64,000 nt of DNA from the NCBI GenBank assembly GCA_964019425.1, contig OZ025784.1, positions 620,001 to 684,000 on the forward strand, written 5' to 3'. The notes beneath the pieces were generated by a model that had not been told where the DNA came from, made no database searches, and saw nothing but the letters and a program-made list of their open reading frames with translations. The position numbers and the translations under genes are program-made. Positions 1 through 10,322 of this stretch are shown here, one piece after another. Position 1 is the first letter of the stretch; each line of letters starts with the position of its first letter. This stretch comes from Flectonema sp. DT1601 (lineage: Eukaryota).

Positions 1-2536
1 TGAACCGAACCCTCATCGCCGACACTCTATTCAACGATGATAGAAGTGTTCCCTTGATACTCTCTCCATCTGAATTACAATACGAGCTTTCTGGTACTAA
101 CTTAGCACTACCCCAACTAGATAGATCACCTGTATTCGATACCATAATCAAATCAACAGTAAACCCGCTAAGTAAGTGTCCTAAAGAGATGTATGTCAAT
201 GACGATGGTGGAATTTTTAAAATCTTTTTCGGAACATGCCAACCATTCTCACCATCACTAATACAATATTTATAATGAGAAACACTCCTCGAGGGTGGTA
301 TTTGTATCCCGAATCTCAGAATGTTCTCAAATCCTAATTCTGTTGTCGATGACGATATCAGTTTCATATCGAAAGAGACTGCTCGCTGTTGATATCCAAA
401 AACAGCTTCGTCACAACCACTCAAGGAGTTTATTAATCTAACCTTGAGATCAGTATACGAGATCTTATTATCTGGAGTATTTTGAATAAGGAAAATCTTG
501 TCATGAAATTGACCACCCTCTGGGACATCTTCCATCTGTATGTCGTATCGAGGTGGTGATGTAATTTGGATTACTGTAACAGGTGTCCAGTTATTATTTT
601 GAACCTTCAAACAAATTGAATAAAATCCAGGCAGGCTTGGTAAATATAAATATCCTTTTGAAAATTTATCACTCTGAGAGTTGAACGATTCAAGCATCAC
701 ATCAACAGAATCAACGTAAACCTCTGACACTGGATATGAAAAGGTACACAACGTATTATTTGGAACCAGACGAAGAATCGAACCGGTGCCACTTTCAGGA
801 TTAAACAGCGAATTGTCTATCATCGAATCCCCCAACGCTTCAATATGAATGACCGCGAACATCCCAGCACGAGATTCGTTTAATTCAATTGAAAATGAAT
901 GAGGTGGTGCAGGATACAAAATACCTGCAGCCATCCAGTTCAAATCCCCATGACGAACGCAGATTCGAACTGGAGGTAGATCAAGAGGTATCGGTATATA
1001 AGAATACGCCATCGACACATACTCTAAATCAGAATCATATGTTGGGATTATTAAGGATGCTCTCGTTGATCTGTTTGGTAAGAAGACCTCAGCATCACCA
1101 AGATTGAAGTCCGCATGTAAATAAAAACTATCAGCACAGTTGCCATCAACCATTACTAATTTAATTGCTATGGCATTCGCAGATGGAAACCAGCTATCTG
1201 CAGGAGTCGGAAAGGTCGACAGGGCATCGTAGTCAGCTGCGATAGATAAAACACTCTCAGAACCTACAGCCGTGTCGTTTATATTTATTGTAAGGTTTAA
1301 TGTGTTAATCGCTGTCTGTAATGTCTGAGGGATGCGTTCCCAATTTTGATTCTTTCTCTGGTAGCAAATTGCATACCCGCCCACCTCTGGAAGCCTGAGG
1401 TACGCAAATACTGCTGTGAACCCTGTCTCACTCCCCACAACCGATTTGTACGGATCTTGCATCAGATTCGAAAACGCTGCTGCATTATCCCCAGAGTAGT
1501 TTACTGATTGTAAATTTTTAGAAAATCTCCCAAAGCAGGAATCGAACTCGTGCACTAAACGAAGCTTATCTCCGGAAGTTGCTAAATTAGGCAATGTTGA
1601 ATTTACCTTAAGAACGGCAAATGACAAAACTGAATAATCGTTCGAAGGGATCTTCCATGTCAGTTTGTAGTTTTTTTTTGTTACAATCAAAGCGTTCATC
1701 GTGACCCACAACATGTTCTTTTTTGGTAAAAATCTCCAACCTGGAGCATCCTTAAGAACCCTATCATCAGCACCAGAGAAACAAACTGAAAATTCCCCCC
1801 AACTCCCAGGAAGCCGTATACCAAAGATTCCCGCAACTCGATCATAGGTTGAAATATCTGACGCTCTCAAATATGAACCGAATTCCGAATATTGCGTAAA
1901 AGCTTCATCAATGTAATAAGAAGACGCAATGTTACCTGTCAAGGGATGAAGTTCACCAGCACAAAGACTGTTCTTAGGAACTATTTTTATAATGTCAGTC
2001 TCATTTAGACCTCCAGAGTACGAGGAATATATTTTCAGAAGGGCGTATGAACTTGCAGATGAATCTGATGATTGAATTAAAAAACTGTACGAGGGTCTCG
2101 ATACGTTGTATGAAGTTCCGAAGTCTGACTCTTCAGGATCGTTATCAAAGGGAATGTAGGACGTTGTCGATGTGTGATTCGGATTTATAAAACAGATTCG
2201 AAAATTGAAATCCGGCACCGCAATAATCGCAACTCCCTCGTAACTACTGCTGTTGTTAGTGATATTTGCTTCCCACCAACTGATTGAATATAAATCTCCA
2301 GTTTCGGAGAGTGTCTTCTCTGGTCTGTCATCAGACTCATTACACCAAATGTCATCTTTAATCAATCGAATACGTGTCGTCCAATCATCTGTTTTATTTC
2401 TAATAATTTCACTTTCATTTGATCGGATCTCAAATCGAACATGTAAACCAGCCTCATTGAGACCCCAAGGATCTAGTTCTGGTACTGTCCGAAGAGTTGT
2501 CCATCCAACAGCTGCGAATAGTAATAAGAGAAACAT
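1..2536 (-). CDS. Large secreted/surface protein with internally repeated modules; 3' end runs off the window
   Basis: Not in the ORF track because there is no stop within the window. ATG at 2536 gives MFLLLLFAAVGWTTLRTVPELDPWG..., a signal-peptide-like start. I translated about 200 codons without a stop, and the frame appears to stay open to the edge. It has many N-x-S/T sites and recurring 'IKIV...C / ICF/ICY' motifs. Confidence 0.75.
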   Translation of the reverse strand, partial: MFLLLLFAAVGWTTLRTVPELDPWGLNEAGLHVRFEIRSNESEIIRNKTDDWTTRIRLIKDDIWCNESDDRPEKTLSETGDLYSISWWEANITNNSSSYEGVAIIAVPDFNFRICFINPNHTSTTSYIPFDNDPEESDFGTSYNVSRPSYSFLIQSSDSSASSYALLKIYSSYSGGLNETDIIKIVPKNSLCAGELHPLTGNIASSYYIDEAFTQYSEFGSYLRASDISTYDRVAGIFGIRLPGSWGEFSVCFSGADDRVLKDAPGWRFLPKKNMLWVTMNALIVTKKNYKLTWKIPSNDYSVLSFAVLKVNSTLPNLATSGDKLRLVHEFDSCFGRFSKNLQSVNYSGDNAAAFSNLMQDPYKSVVGSETGFTAVFAYLRLPEVGGYAICYQRKNQNWERIPQTLQTAINTLNLTININDTAVGSESVLSIAADYDALSTFPTPADSWFPSANAIAIKLVMVDGNCADSFYLHADFNLGDAEVFLPNRSTRASLIIPTYDSDLEYVSMAYSYIPIPLDLPPVRICVRHGDLNWMAAGILYPAPPHSFSIELNESRAGMFAVIHIEALGDSMIDNSLFNPESGTGSILRLVPNNTLCTFSYPVSEVYVDSVDVMLESFNSQSDKFSKGYLYLPSLPGFYSICLKVQNNNWTPVTVIQITSPPRYDIQMEDVPEGGQFHDKIFLIQNTPDNKISYTDLKVRLINSLSGCDEAVFGYQQRAVSFDMKLISSSTTELGFENILRFGIQIPPSRSVSHYKYCISDGENGWHVPKKILKIPPSSLTYISLGHLLSGFTVDLIMVSNTGDLSSWGSAKLVPESSYCNSDGESIKGTLLSSLNRVSAMRVRF

Positions 2537-2725
2537 TCATGTGAAAGGGTTGGGGTGTTACTGATGAATTGGAATGGAGATTTAAAAAAATAAAAAAATA
2601 AACATAAGAAATTAATGGGTGTTTACCTTTATTTAATACAATACAATAATTGATAGGGGGGGATCGGAATCCTCTCTTATGACAGTTGAGGGTTACTACT
2701 ACTACTTTAATACAAAAAGGTAATG

Positions 2726-3118
2726 CTACGTCATAGGACTACCTGCCCATCTAAACGTCGGTTTTTCCACACCAGGAGTTGGTGAAAACAATCGTTGCAT
2801 TGGTGACAAGGAAGGAACAGCCATACGAGGAGGTGTTGTCGGCGGGAGGCTCACTCTTTTCTCAGGGGAGATCGACGCTGCAATGTCTCGAGCAACAGCA
2901 TCAACATCTTCATCATCCTCCAACATTCTATATCTTTCAATATTCTCCCATGGAGCATGAACAGGTACTAATTGTTTTGGTAGTGGCCTACTGCTACCTA
3001 TTGTTTCTAATACTTGTCTTCTTAATTTATCATAGGCTGCATTCGACGAACTGAATCTACTTATTCGTTCATCACTCAGGGGACGAGATGCTGATACCCT
3101 TCCCCCCGGTGATGACAT
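2726..3118 (-). CDS. Hypothetical Pro/Ser-rich protein (130 aa)
   Basis: Clean ATG-to-TAG ORF on the same strand as all other genes, with AT-rich flanks. No family recognised. Confidence 0.6.
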   Translation of the reverse strand: MSSPGGRVSASRPLSDERISRFSSSNAAYDKLRRQVLETIGSSRPLPKQLVPVHAPWENIERYRMLEDDEDVDAVARDIAASISPEKRVSLPPTTPPRMAVPSLSPMQRLFSPTPGVEKPTFRWAGSPMT

Positions 3119-3303
3119 GTTAGTTACCTTTTGTATGTGTTCTTCCTTTTGGATAAAGATATTGAATTATTTTTTTAAAAATAAAAACTGATATAGAATA
3201 ACTACAGTAAAAATTCCAAATAAATTTCTACATCATTTTAGAAGACAATGCGGCAAAATGATTCTTTTTTGAGGTAGACCTCCTCTTCTGATCTGAGAAA
3301 TAT

Positions 3304-4263
3304 TCATCCATTGTAATCTATTACCTCTTCGTGGTCTGCAACAATTTCTTTCAGTTTTTCAACAAATTCAGCGACCTTAGCCGTTGAGTTGAATTGTTTT
3401 ACATGTCCTCTGTGAACTGCTAACATATATTGGAATGCTTGTTTGTTAGTTTTGAAACAATCCAAAAGTGATAGTTCACAGTTCTGTCCATAAACAGATC
3501 TGAATAAGCATCGTTGAATTGGTGATGACGATAGTGCTGAGAGATTTGATTGGTCGAGTGAGAGATGTTTCATTTTTAGATTTAAGTTGTCGGAGTCGTT
3601 TGTTTTAGTCCCATCAATCCACAGCGTGATCAAATACCGAATAGCGTTACTGGGTGAGACTTTGTGTAGAATTCTATTCGATAAGAACACTACAACTCTA
3701 TTGAACTTCGGCGATATTTTTATTGGATTTGATAAAAACGGTTGGAGGTAAACCTCTCCTCCATCACCATCCTTCCAATCTCTGTTTAAATATATTAATA
3801 ACGTGATGGCTCTGTTGTTTGGGGGACCAGGGTTGTCATAGTGCCACGGAAAACAACCACCGTTACCTGTGTTTACTTGAAGCTTTACAGTTTTATTATC
3901 TTGTCCGATGAGGGTATTAAAATTATCAGTAAAACACTTTGACAAATCATCACCCAGGAATATATTTCCGATAGTGGGTACGGCAGCGAGCATTTTATCT
4001 TCGTGAAGGTCTGCTTCGTAGATGTTTGGTTTTTCAAATCTGACTGGACCGCTAGTTGTTGAAAACTGGACTTCATTAGGTCTCATCATGTTACTGTCGT
4101 GAAGATCACTTAATTCTTGTCTCATTGATGCTGATAGTTGTTCATCAAGTGCGTTATCTAATATAAGGTATCCTTTATCTTGTAGTTCTGTTTGAGTTGT
4201 AATAGATGTTAACCTTTCTGTAAGGTTTTGGATTCTTGATTTAAACTCGGAAGTGCTATCCAT
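3304..4263 (-). CDS. 2-oxoglutarate/Fe(II) dioxygenase, prolyl-4-hydroxylase (EGLN/PHD-like)
   Basis: HxD (WHYDN), RAITLLIYLNRDWKDGDGGE, distal His (LHKV) and 2OG-binding Arg (RYLITLW). Start is uncertain (ATG at 4263, or upstream ATGs to 4314). Confidence 0.85.
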   Translation of the reverse strand: MDSTSEFKSRIQNLTERLTSITTQTELQDKGYLILDNALDEQLSASMRQELSDLHDSNMMRPNEVQFSTTSGPVRFEKPNIYEADLHEDKMLAAVPTIGNIFLGDDLSKCFTDNFNTLIGQDNKTVKLQVNTGNGGCFPWHYDNPGPPNNRAITLLIYLNRDWKDGDGGEVYLQPFLSNPIKISPKFNRVVVFLSNRILHKVSPSNAIRYLITLWIDGTKTNDSDNLNLKMKHLSLDQSNLSALSSSPIQRCLFRSVYGQNCELSLLDCFKTNKQAFQYMLAVHRGHVKQFNSTAKVAEFVEKLKEIVADHEEVIDYNG

Positions 4264-4384
4264 GTTTGTGTCTATACCCATCAGTTCTGTGATAGAACAA
4301 ATAATTAATAACATCTTTTGGAATCTGGAATTGTAACTGACGGATACATATGGAATGAGATGAGGTAATTATTACTTAGGAAGG

Positions 4385-4735
4385 CTACAGTATCAGTGCG
4401 GCAAGTCCTAAGCCGAAAGCTGCTCCAACACCACCAGCGCCAACTCCAGCGCTAACACCCTCAGCTGTCTCTACCATGTCATTCGGTTGCATTGTTATTG
4501 GTCGGCTGCGACGTGGTCCACTGTCGCCAGGAGTCTGCCAGGTTTCTGGTACGTATGCCCCTCGACGGTCCTGTTTTTTAATTAGTTTTCACTCGTAAAT
4601 AGTAACTATCATTTAACAACGACTAACACATACTCCATACATCCCTCCTGGTGCAGGACATCCTGGACCCGGTTTGGCACCCCTGTCAGAAACCCAAGGA
4701 GCAGTGCATCCAGGACCGTAGTGTAATATCGGCAT
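4385..4735 (-). CDS. Small two-exon Gly/Pro-rich protein (95 aa) with C-terminal hydrophobic helix
   Basis: Exon 4735-4634, intron 4633-4571 (GTATGT...AACTAAT...AAACAG), exon 4570-4385 (TAG). Spliced product: MPILHYGPGCTAPW...GMYG|DRRGAYVPETW...GAAFGLGLAALIL*. Confidence 0.7.
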
Positions 4736-4930
4736 TTAATTCATTTATAAAATGTTTTGTGTAAATCGGTGCCTTCTAAAAAAAAAAAGGATGTGATGTT
4801 TATGGGAAGCATCTCTAAAAGAACAAAATCATTTGTGTGAACCTACTCAAAGGAGATGACTTTATTGCTCAGGTACAGTAACAGATAATGCCTAAGTCGG
4901 ATCGGATTGTACAGTCCTAACATTGGTTGT

Positions 4931-6142
4931 TTAAGGGAACCATATTGAGCGTTCTTTCATAATCTCATCAACATCAGAGTCGGTTATTTTACTTCTCTTT
5001 TCCTGGTGCTGATCGAGGAAGTCGGAAATAACTTCAGCAGCCCTGGCCTTCATCACTCCAGAATGAAATTTTTCATTACCAGATCGGTATTCCTTCTCAA
5101 GAGTTGCGAGCTCCTCGTCATCTTCAAGAAAGTGACGGAGATATTGAAATGCAACATCGACATCAGGATTTCCTCCATTGCGACGGAAATCTTCCAAAGT
5201 AGCAGCTCCACCACTGAAAGCTCTTTTCATCTTTTTTGCAACTTCTTTCCTACTGTCCGTTAACAAGATTTGAGTTCCTTCTCCAGCAGAGCTACTCATC
5301 TTGCCTCCAACTCCAGATAGCGGAGGTAGGAACTTCGTCATCAGTAATGAAGGTTTTGGTGACTTCAGTTTAGGACAGACATCGCGTGTTAATAAGAAAA
5401 ACGGATCTTGATCAATAGCACAGGGAATCAAACATTTTAATTTTGATTTCACCGGCAACACAATTGGAAACGACGATGAAATACAAGGAGCTGCTTGAAT
5501 AGCTGGAAATGCGATCCTTCCAATGTTGCAGAGGCCGTCAAATCCAAAAGTGGCACTGACCTTATTGAAGGTCAGCTGTCTTTGGATTCGTAAGGTATTT
5601 CTGTATAATTTATCCATGTATGACAGGTTATTAAATATGAATGTTTTCTTCATATCGAATCCGAATGCCATGATATCCTTAATGTTCTCTCGAGTCATGT
5701 CATGTAATTTGTCTAAGTCTAAATCTCTGAATAAGAATTTCTCATCATCAGTCATCTGTACTACCAACGGTACATCAAAAGTATCTTGCAATTGTTTAGT
5801 AAGTAGGAAGGGAATCGCATGTCCAAGATGCATTGAGGCGTTGCTAGGACCTCTTCCAGTGTATAAGTAGAATTTTCTTCCTTTCTCTACTTCGTCAAGG
5901 ATATCATTAAATCCTCTGTGAGTGAACGCCACGTCTCTTTTAATGAATCTGTGCAACTTTCCCTCCCCCACAACCGATTCGTATCTCTTTATAATATTTT
6001 CTATCGGTTCACTTCCAAACTGCTTTGCTACTTTGTCGTATTTCATTGGAGCAGACGTATCCTCAACAGTGACACTCCATGGAGTTACTTCAGGTGTTCC
6101 ATTGCCAACAGCGGCAAGTCTGATAAAACTACGACGAAACAT
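4931..6142 (-). CDS. trpRS: Tryptophanyl-tRNA synthetase, eukaryote/archaea type, with putative mitochondrial presequence
   Basis: YLYTGRGPS..MHLGH (HIGH), QMTDDEKFL, CAIDQDPFF and KMSSS motifs. N-terminus is MFRRSFIRLAAV. Confidence 0.93.
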   Translation of the reverse strand: MFRRSFIRLAAVGNGTPEVTPWSVTVEDTSAPMKYDKVAKQFGSEPIENIIKRYESVVGEGKLHRFIKRDVAFTHRGFNDILDEVEKGRKFYLYTGRGPSNASMHLGHAIPFLLTKQLQDTFDVPLVVQMTDDEKFLFRDLDLDKLHDMTRENIKDIMAFGFDMKKTFIFNNLSYMDKLYRNTLRIQRQLTFNKVSATFGFDGLCNIGRIAFPAIQAAPCISSSFPIVLPVKSKLKCLIPCAIDQDPFFLLTRDVCPKLKSPKPSLLMTKFLPPLSGVGGKMSSSAGEGTQILLTDSRKEVAKKMKRAFSGGAATLEDFRRNGGNPDVDVAFQYLRHFLEDDEELATLEKEYRSGNEKFHSGVMKARAAEVISDFLDQHQEKRSKITDSDVDEIMKERSIWFP

Positions 6143-6609
6143 AATAAAATATGATGTCTTTAAATGAAATAAACATAACTACCACCAAGATGATAACAAC
6201 GATGAAGGGGGGAGAGTTGGGATGGGAATGCCAAATCTAATCTAACGTACCGTAGCACTAATAATACAAGACGAAATGCCCAAAAGATAGGCTTCAATGA
6301 TTACACGTGATGTTGTCAATTTTACTTTTTTTTTTTATCTCTCTTTTCGTACAATTGGTTTGTAGAAGAGAAGAGACAAAAAAGTAATTATTGATATCGT
6401 TAGGGGGGATTTTTTTTATTTTTTGGTTTTTTTTCACATGCTCTGATATGGCAGTGATGCTCGCGAATATTAACAAAAAATTGACCTTTTTAATTTGAAA
6501 TGACAGAAGTGTCCTGAGTGTTGAAATCACACTCGATTTGACGATAAAAGTAGTCAATAAAATCCTTATGAAAGATAACTTCAATAACCTGAGTTCCAAT
6601 CAAGTTTAT

Positions 6610-8198
6610 TTAGTTATCGCTATTCACGCAGATGAAGAATCGCTGTTTTGGATTTTTTTTTTTTTTTGTTGTTTTTTTTTTTCGCGGTTTACACTTAACA
6701 ATAAAAAAAAACAAAAAAGGACACATACCTCGCCAAAATTGAATTTCCTACTACATGCCAGTTGTGGTATCTGGTATCCCGGACCGCTAAGCTGCAGAAG
6801 GCTGGATCGAAGGTCGCACACTAGTGATTCGTAGGTAGGATTTTCATTTTTTGTAATCGCCTGGATGAAGGCGTTAGTCATGCAATTGTTAACGCTGTCT
6901 GTAGTCTGGTCTCCCCTCCATCCTGAGATGCAAATTATCTCACTTTGGATTTCAGGATGAGCGATCTTTTCTTTCCATTCTAAGTTACCATCTTTCCGAG
7001 CTCTTAGTGAGTAAGGAAGATCAATCATAGAACCAGAATGAGCACAGTCACATATTATAGTAAGCCTACAACCATATGGAAGCTGACCTAAGATGTCAAG
7101 AACTTCGTGATTGCGAACTACTTGGTATGGTCGTGTTGTTCTAAAATCGACTGGTAGGAGCGCCTCATCAGCACCGTCACCGTTACGCTCGTCTAAGACT
7201 TCTACACCGTGTCCACAATAGTGTAAAAATAGAGAGTCTCCTGCCTTAGCACCTGTTACTAACCAGACTAGTCCTTTTAGAATATTATCACGTGTTGGTA
7301 GGTGAGCAACATCACCTGGATCGTCATCATTTAAGCAGAGTTGCATTCCGTGAAATCCCGCTGATGTTAAATAATTAGTAAGTTGTTTACAATCTTTTAT
7401 CGGATTCTCCAATGCTTCCTTCTGTCCATTGTAGTTGATTCCGATTGAAAGCATTTTACTTGAATTAGGCATTGGACTCGATTGGTTGTACTTCGCATGT
7501 TTTTGACCAATTCCTCCCAAATCAGTACTTGGAAGCTTAGTAGTAGTCAGCTCTTGATATTGCTGACGTGATGATGCTACTGGAGGAGGGAGTTGGGTTG
7601 AAGGAGGCTGAACAGTAGCCTGTGAGAATGATGAAGTTGGAAGTTTATTTATAACATTTGAAAACCCTCCAGCAGGTGGAACTCGAGCAACCTGTGTTGG
7701 GATTCCTGCTGGGATTGTTGTAACCTGATTCTGATTAACACTCACAGCATGTGATACGTTGTTTTGAATTGCACTTCTCAAAACTAATCTATACCTACCA
7801 TGATCTACAACACTAGGGTAGCCCATTACTATATTACAATCATTCATATCTCTTACGGCAAATGTTGATGAGACAGAGAGACCGAAAGCACCTCTAACAG
7901 CTTCTCTGATATTATCACCAGACTCTCCAGGACATATCATAAACCCTTGAGACTCTTCCCCAAGTGATATGGATATTCTTTTTGATGTGGTTGTTCCATT
8001 TCCAACACCGATTGCAACTAACTGATCACCTCCTTTAATAGGAGATCCGTACATTTCATTAATTGGACTTACTTGAGAAGGAATCATTTGATGAGTTTGA
8101 TGTGTTGTAATCATCTGTTGAGGTGTTGCTGGAGGTACCATCGGTGACGCCCATGATGGTGATTCCACTGGTCTACCCACTCCGGGTAGTACAACCAT
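6610..8198 (-). CDS. MCA: Type I metacaspase (peptidase C14B) with long Pro/Gln-rich N-terminus; 2 exons
   Basis: LSIGINY, PTRDNIL, GDSLFLHYCGHG, DEALLPVDF, DCAHSG. Intron 6728-6643 (GTATGT...AAACAG) gives the C-terminus FNFGE|RFFICVNSDN*. Likely ATG at 8198. Confidence 0.88.
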
Positions 8199-9104
8199 TT
8201 CGTTACGTGTGCTGAAGATGTTAAAAATATAGATTGCTTTAAAAAAAAAACATGACAATATATCCACAACAAACGTACTACTGAATTCAAACTTCAGGGC
8301 GGAAGGGGGAGAGAGAATGAGTGAGAGAGGGAGAACGGAATGATATGATCAGAAGCAAAAAATAAAATAAAAAAACGTGCCAAGTTAATGTCAGCCAACA
8401 GTACAAACCGAGTAGGGGAAAATTGTTTTGTTTTGTTATTACTTTTAACAAAACAAACAAAAAACTCAGAAAGTATAAAAAGCCGTCAAAATCTCGACAT
8501 CGCTGGTGATAATTTCCCAGAAGAGCATTTCAAGGAATAGTATTGTGCTGCAGACTAGAGGCTGGCGATGAACACCCCTAACACAGAATTGTGTGAGGAA
8601 AGAAGAGGGAAAACTAAAACTCGGGCGGTATAGCACAAGATGTCGAAATTAAGCCCTCAGCTCGTGAATTAACCTCCTCCTGACATCCACCTCACTTCAA
8701 AGTTAATAATAGAAAGCTACTTCAAGTAGGGAAAAATAAAAAATAAAAAAATTATTTCTGTTCTTTTGTTTCTTTCCAACGAAAACATAACGAATGATCC
8801 GAATTGAGTGTTAGAGACGAAAGGGACCTTTTTTTTTTGATAATAAAAAAAAAAAAAAAAGATAAAAATTGACTTTTAACCAAGTCAGAAATGCCGGCGG
8901 TTGCTTGTAGGATACACATTTTTGCTGTGCGCAAAAACAAAACAGGCTTTTAATAGAGGTAACGTCTTTTCATAAATCTTTTTTTTTTTTCCCCAATGTA
9001 AATACATCGTGTCTGGTGTGTAAACGGTGACGAAAATATATAAAAAACACACTTGTGAGATGCAAAAAAAAAATGAAGAAGAAACCAAGAAAAATACATT
9101 CCTT

Positions 9105-10012
9105 CTACACAAGAAGCAGTGCGTTAATGCATCCATCGCACTCAGGGTTGTTGGTGACTTGCGCGTATTTTCCCCAAATTACTTTACCTCCAGGTGTGAC
9201 GAGACCAAGTTCTGATGTGTTGACTTCTAAGATTGTTCCCTTTGTAATGATATTCAAGTTTGTGTACATTCTACTTTGAGGATTCTTCTTTACGCCAATG
9301 ATAGATAAGCAAAAGGTTGTTTTTAACTCCGGGTGAGTTACGTGTGCTTTTTTAAATCGAAGAGCCATAGGTCTGATAAACCTTTCGTATTTTGGAGCCT
9401 TACGAGTAAAGTTCTCACCAACAAATGATACTTTGTTAATCATTCTCTTCCATTGAGCGTTTCTACGTTTACCTGATTTTACTACCTGAAACATTTGATC
9501 TTCTTGAAGAGCTTTAACCTTAGTGATTGGAACGTCCCATTTTCCTGCTTTTTCTTTACGCTTTTGCTTCAATGTGTTTGATAAGATTTTAGCTCTATCA
9601 ACATTCTCACGATCCATTAAAAATGATGGGACGGCATGTTTTGGTCCAGCGTCTACCTTCTTTTCTGATGATTGTTTCTCTTCGTGAGCCTTTATCTTCT
9701 TCTGCATTTCGACCTTCTCTTGGTACCTCGCTCTTTGGGCGAGCTTGGCTCTCTTACCCGTCACTTTTTGCAAGAATTTCGACTGCTTGTGAACGGAACG
9801 CGCCTCCTTCTTTCGGCTGTTTAGTTTATTATTTTTTTTTTCTTTCTTTCTTTGTGTACAACCTGATTTCAACACCTCGTTAGCGTTTTCAGAACAGGCA
9901 GAAATTAAAAAAATTTAGAAAAATCTACATTTACTACATACAGACGCTCGAAGTGATCAAGACGAAATCCATATCTCTTCCTCGCCAGCTCAATGTGCTC
10001 ATTCTGAGGCAT
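9105..10012 (-). CDS. NSA2: Ribosome biogenesis protein NSA2; 2 exons
   Basis: Exon 1 10012-9942 ([24 protein letters not shown]), intron 9941-9817 (GTATGT...CTAAACAG), exon 2 RKKEAR...[10 protein letters not shown]...[23 protein letters not shown]. Confidence 0.95.
9843..9905 (-). ncRNA. Candidate intronic single-hairpin pseudouridylation guide RNA (AGA-box H/ACA-like)
   Basis: Lies within the NSA2 intron. Stems TCTGA/TCAGG and AACGCT/GGTGTT; pocket strands GCCTGT and TTGT are complementary to conserved SSU rRNA GCAA-UA-ACAGGU; AGA lies 14 nt downstream of the pocket. The lower stem is weak. Confidence 0.35.
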
Positions 10013-10322
10013 ATTATGATATTCGTTACTCTGATGAAGATGAGGGTAAAAAAAACTGAAGTAAAAAAGGTTATTCCCTTCGATATATATATCACATCAT
10101 CATTAGCATGGTTCGTATGTTAAAATAAAATAATTTTTTTTTTTTTTTTAAATCTCACGACTACTCAGAAGTGAAATATAACTTTTTCAAAAAAACAGCA
10201 TCTAATTAAAAGGATAGAATTGCGAGCTGCTGATGCTGCGCTGAAAAAAAAAATGAAAGTAAAAATCCCTTCGACAGTTGTGAGTAGACTCGCGTCACAG
10301 AAGGATTAATTGTCCAGTTTAT

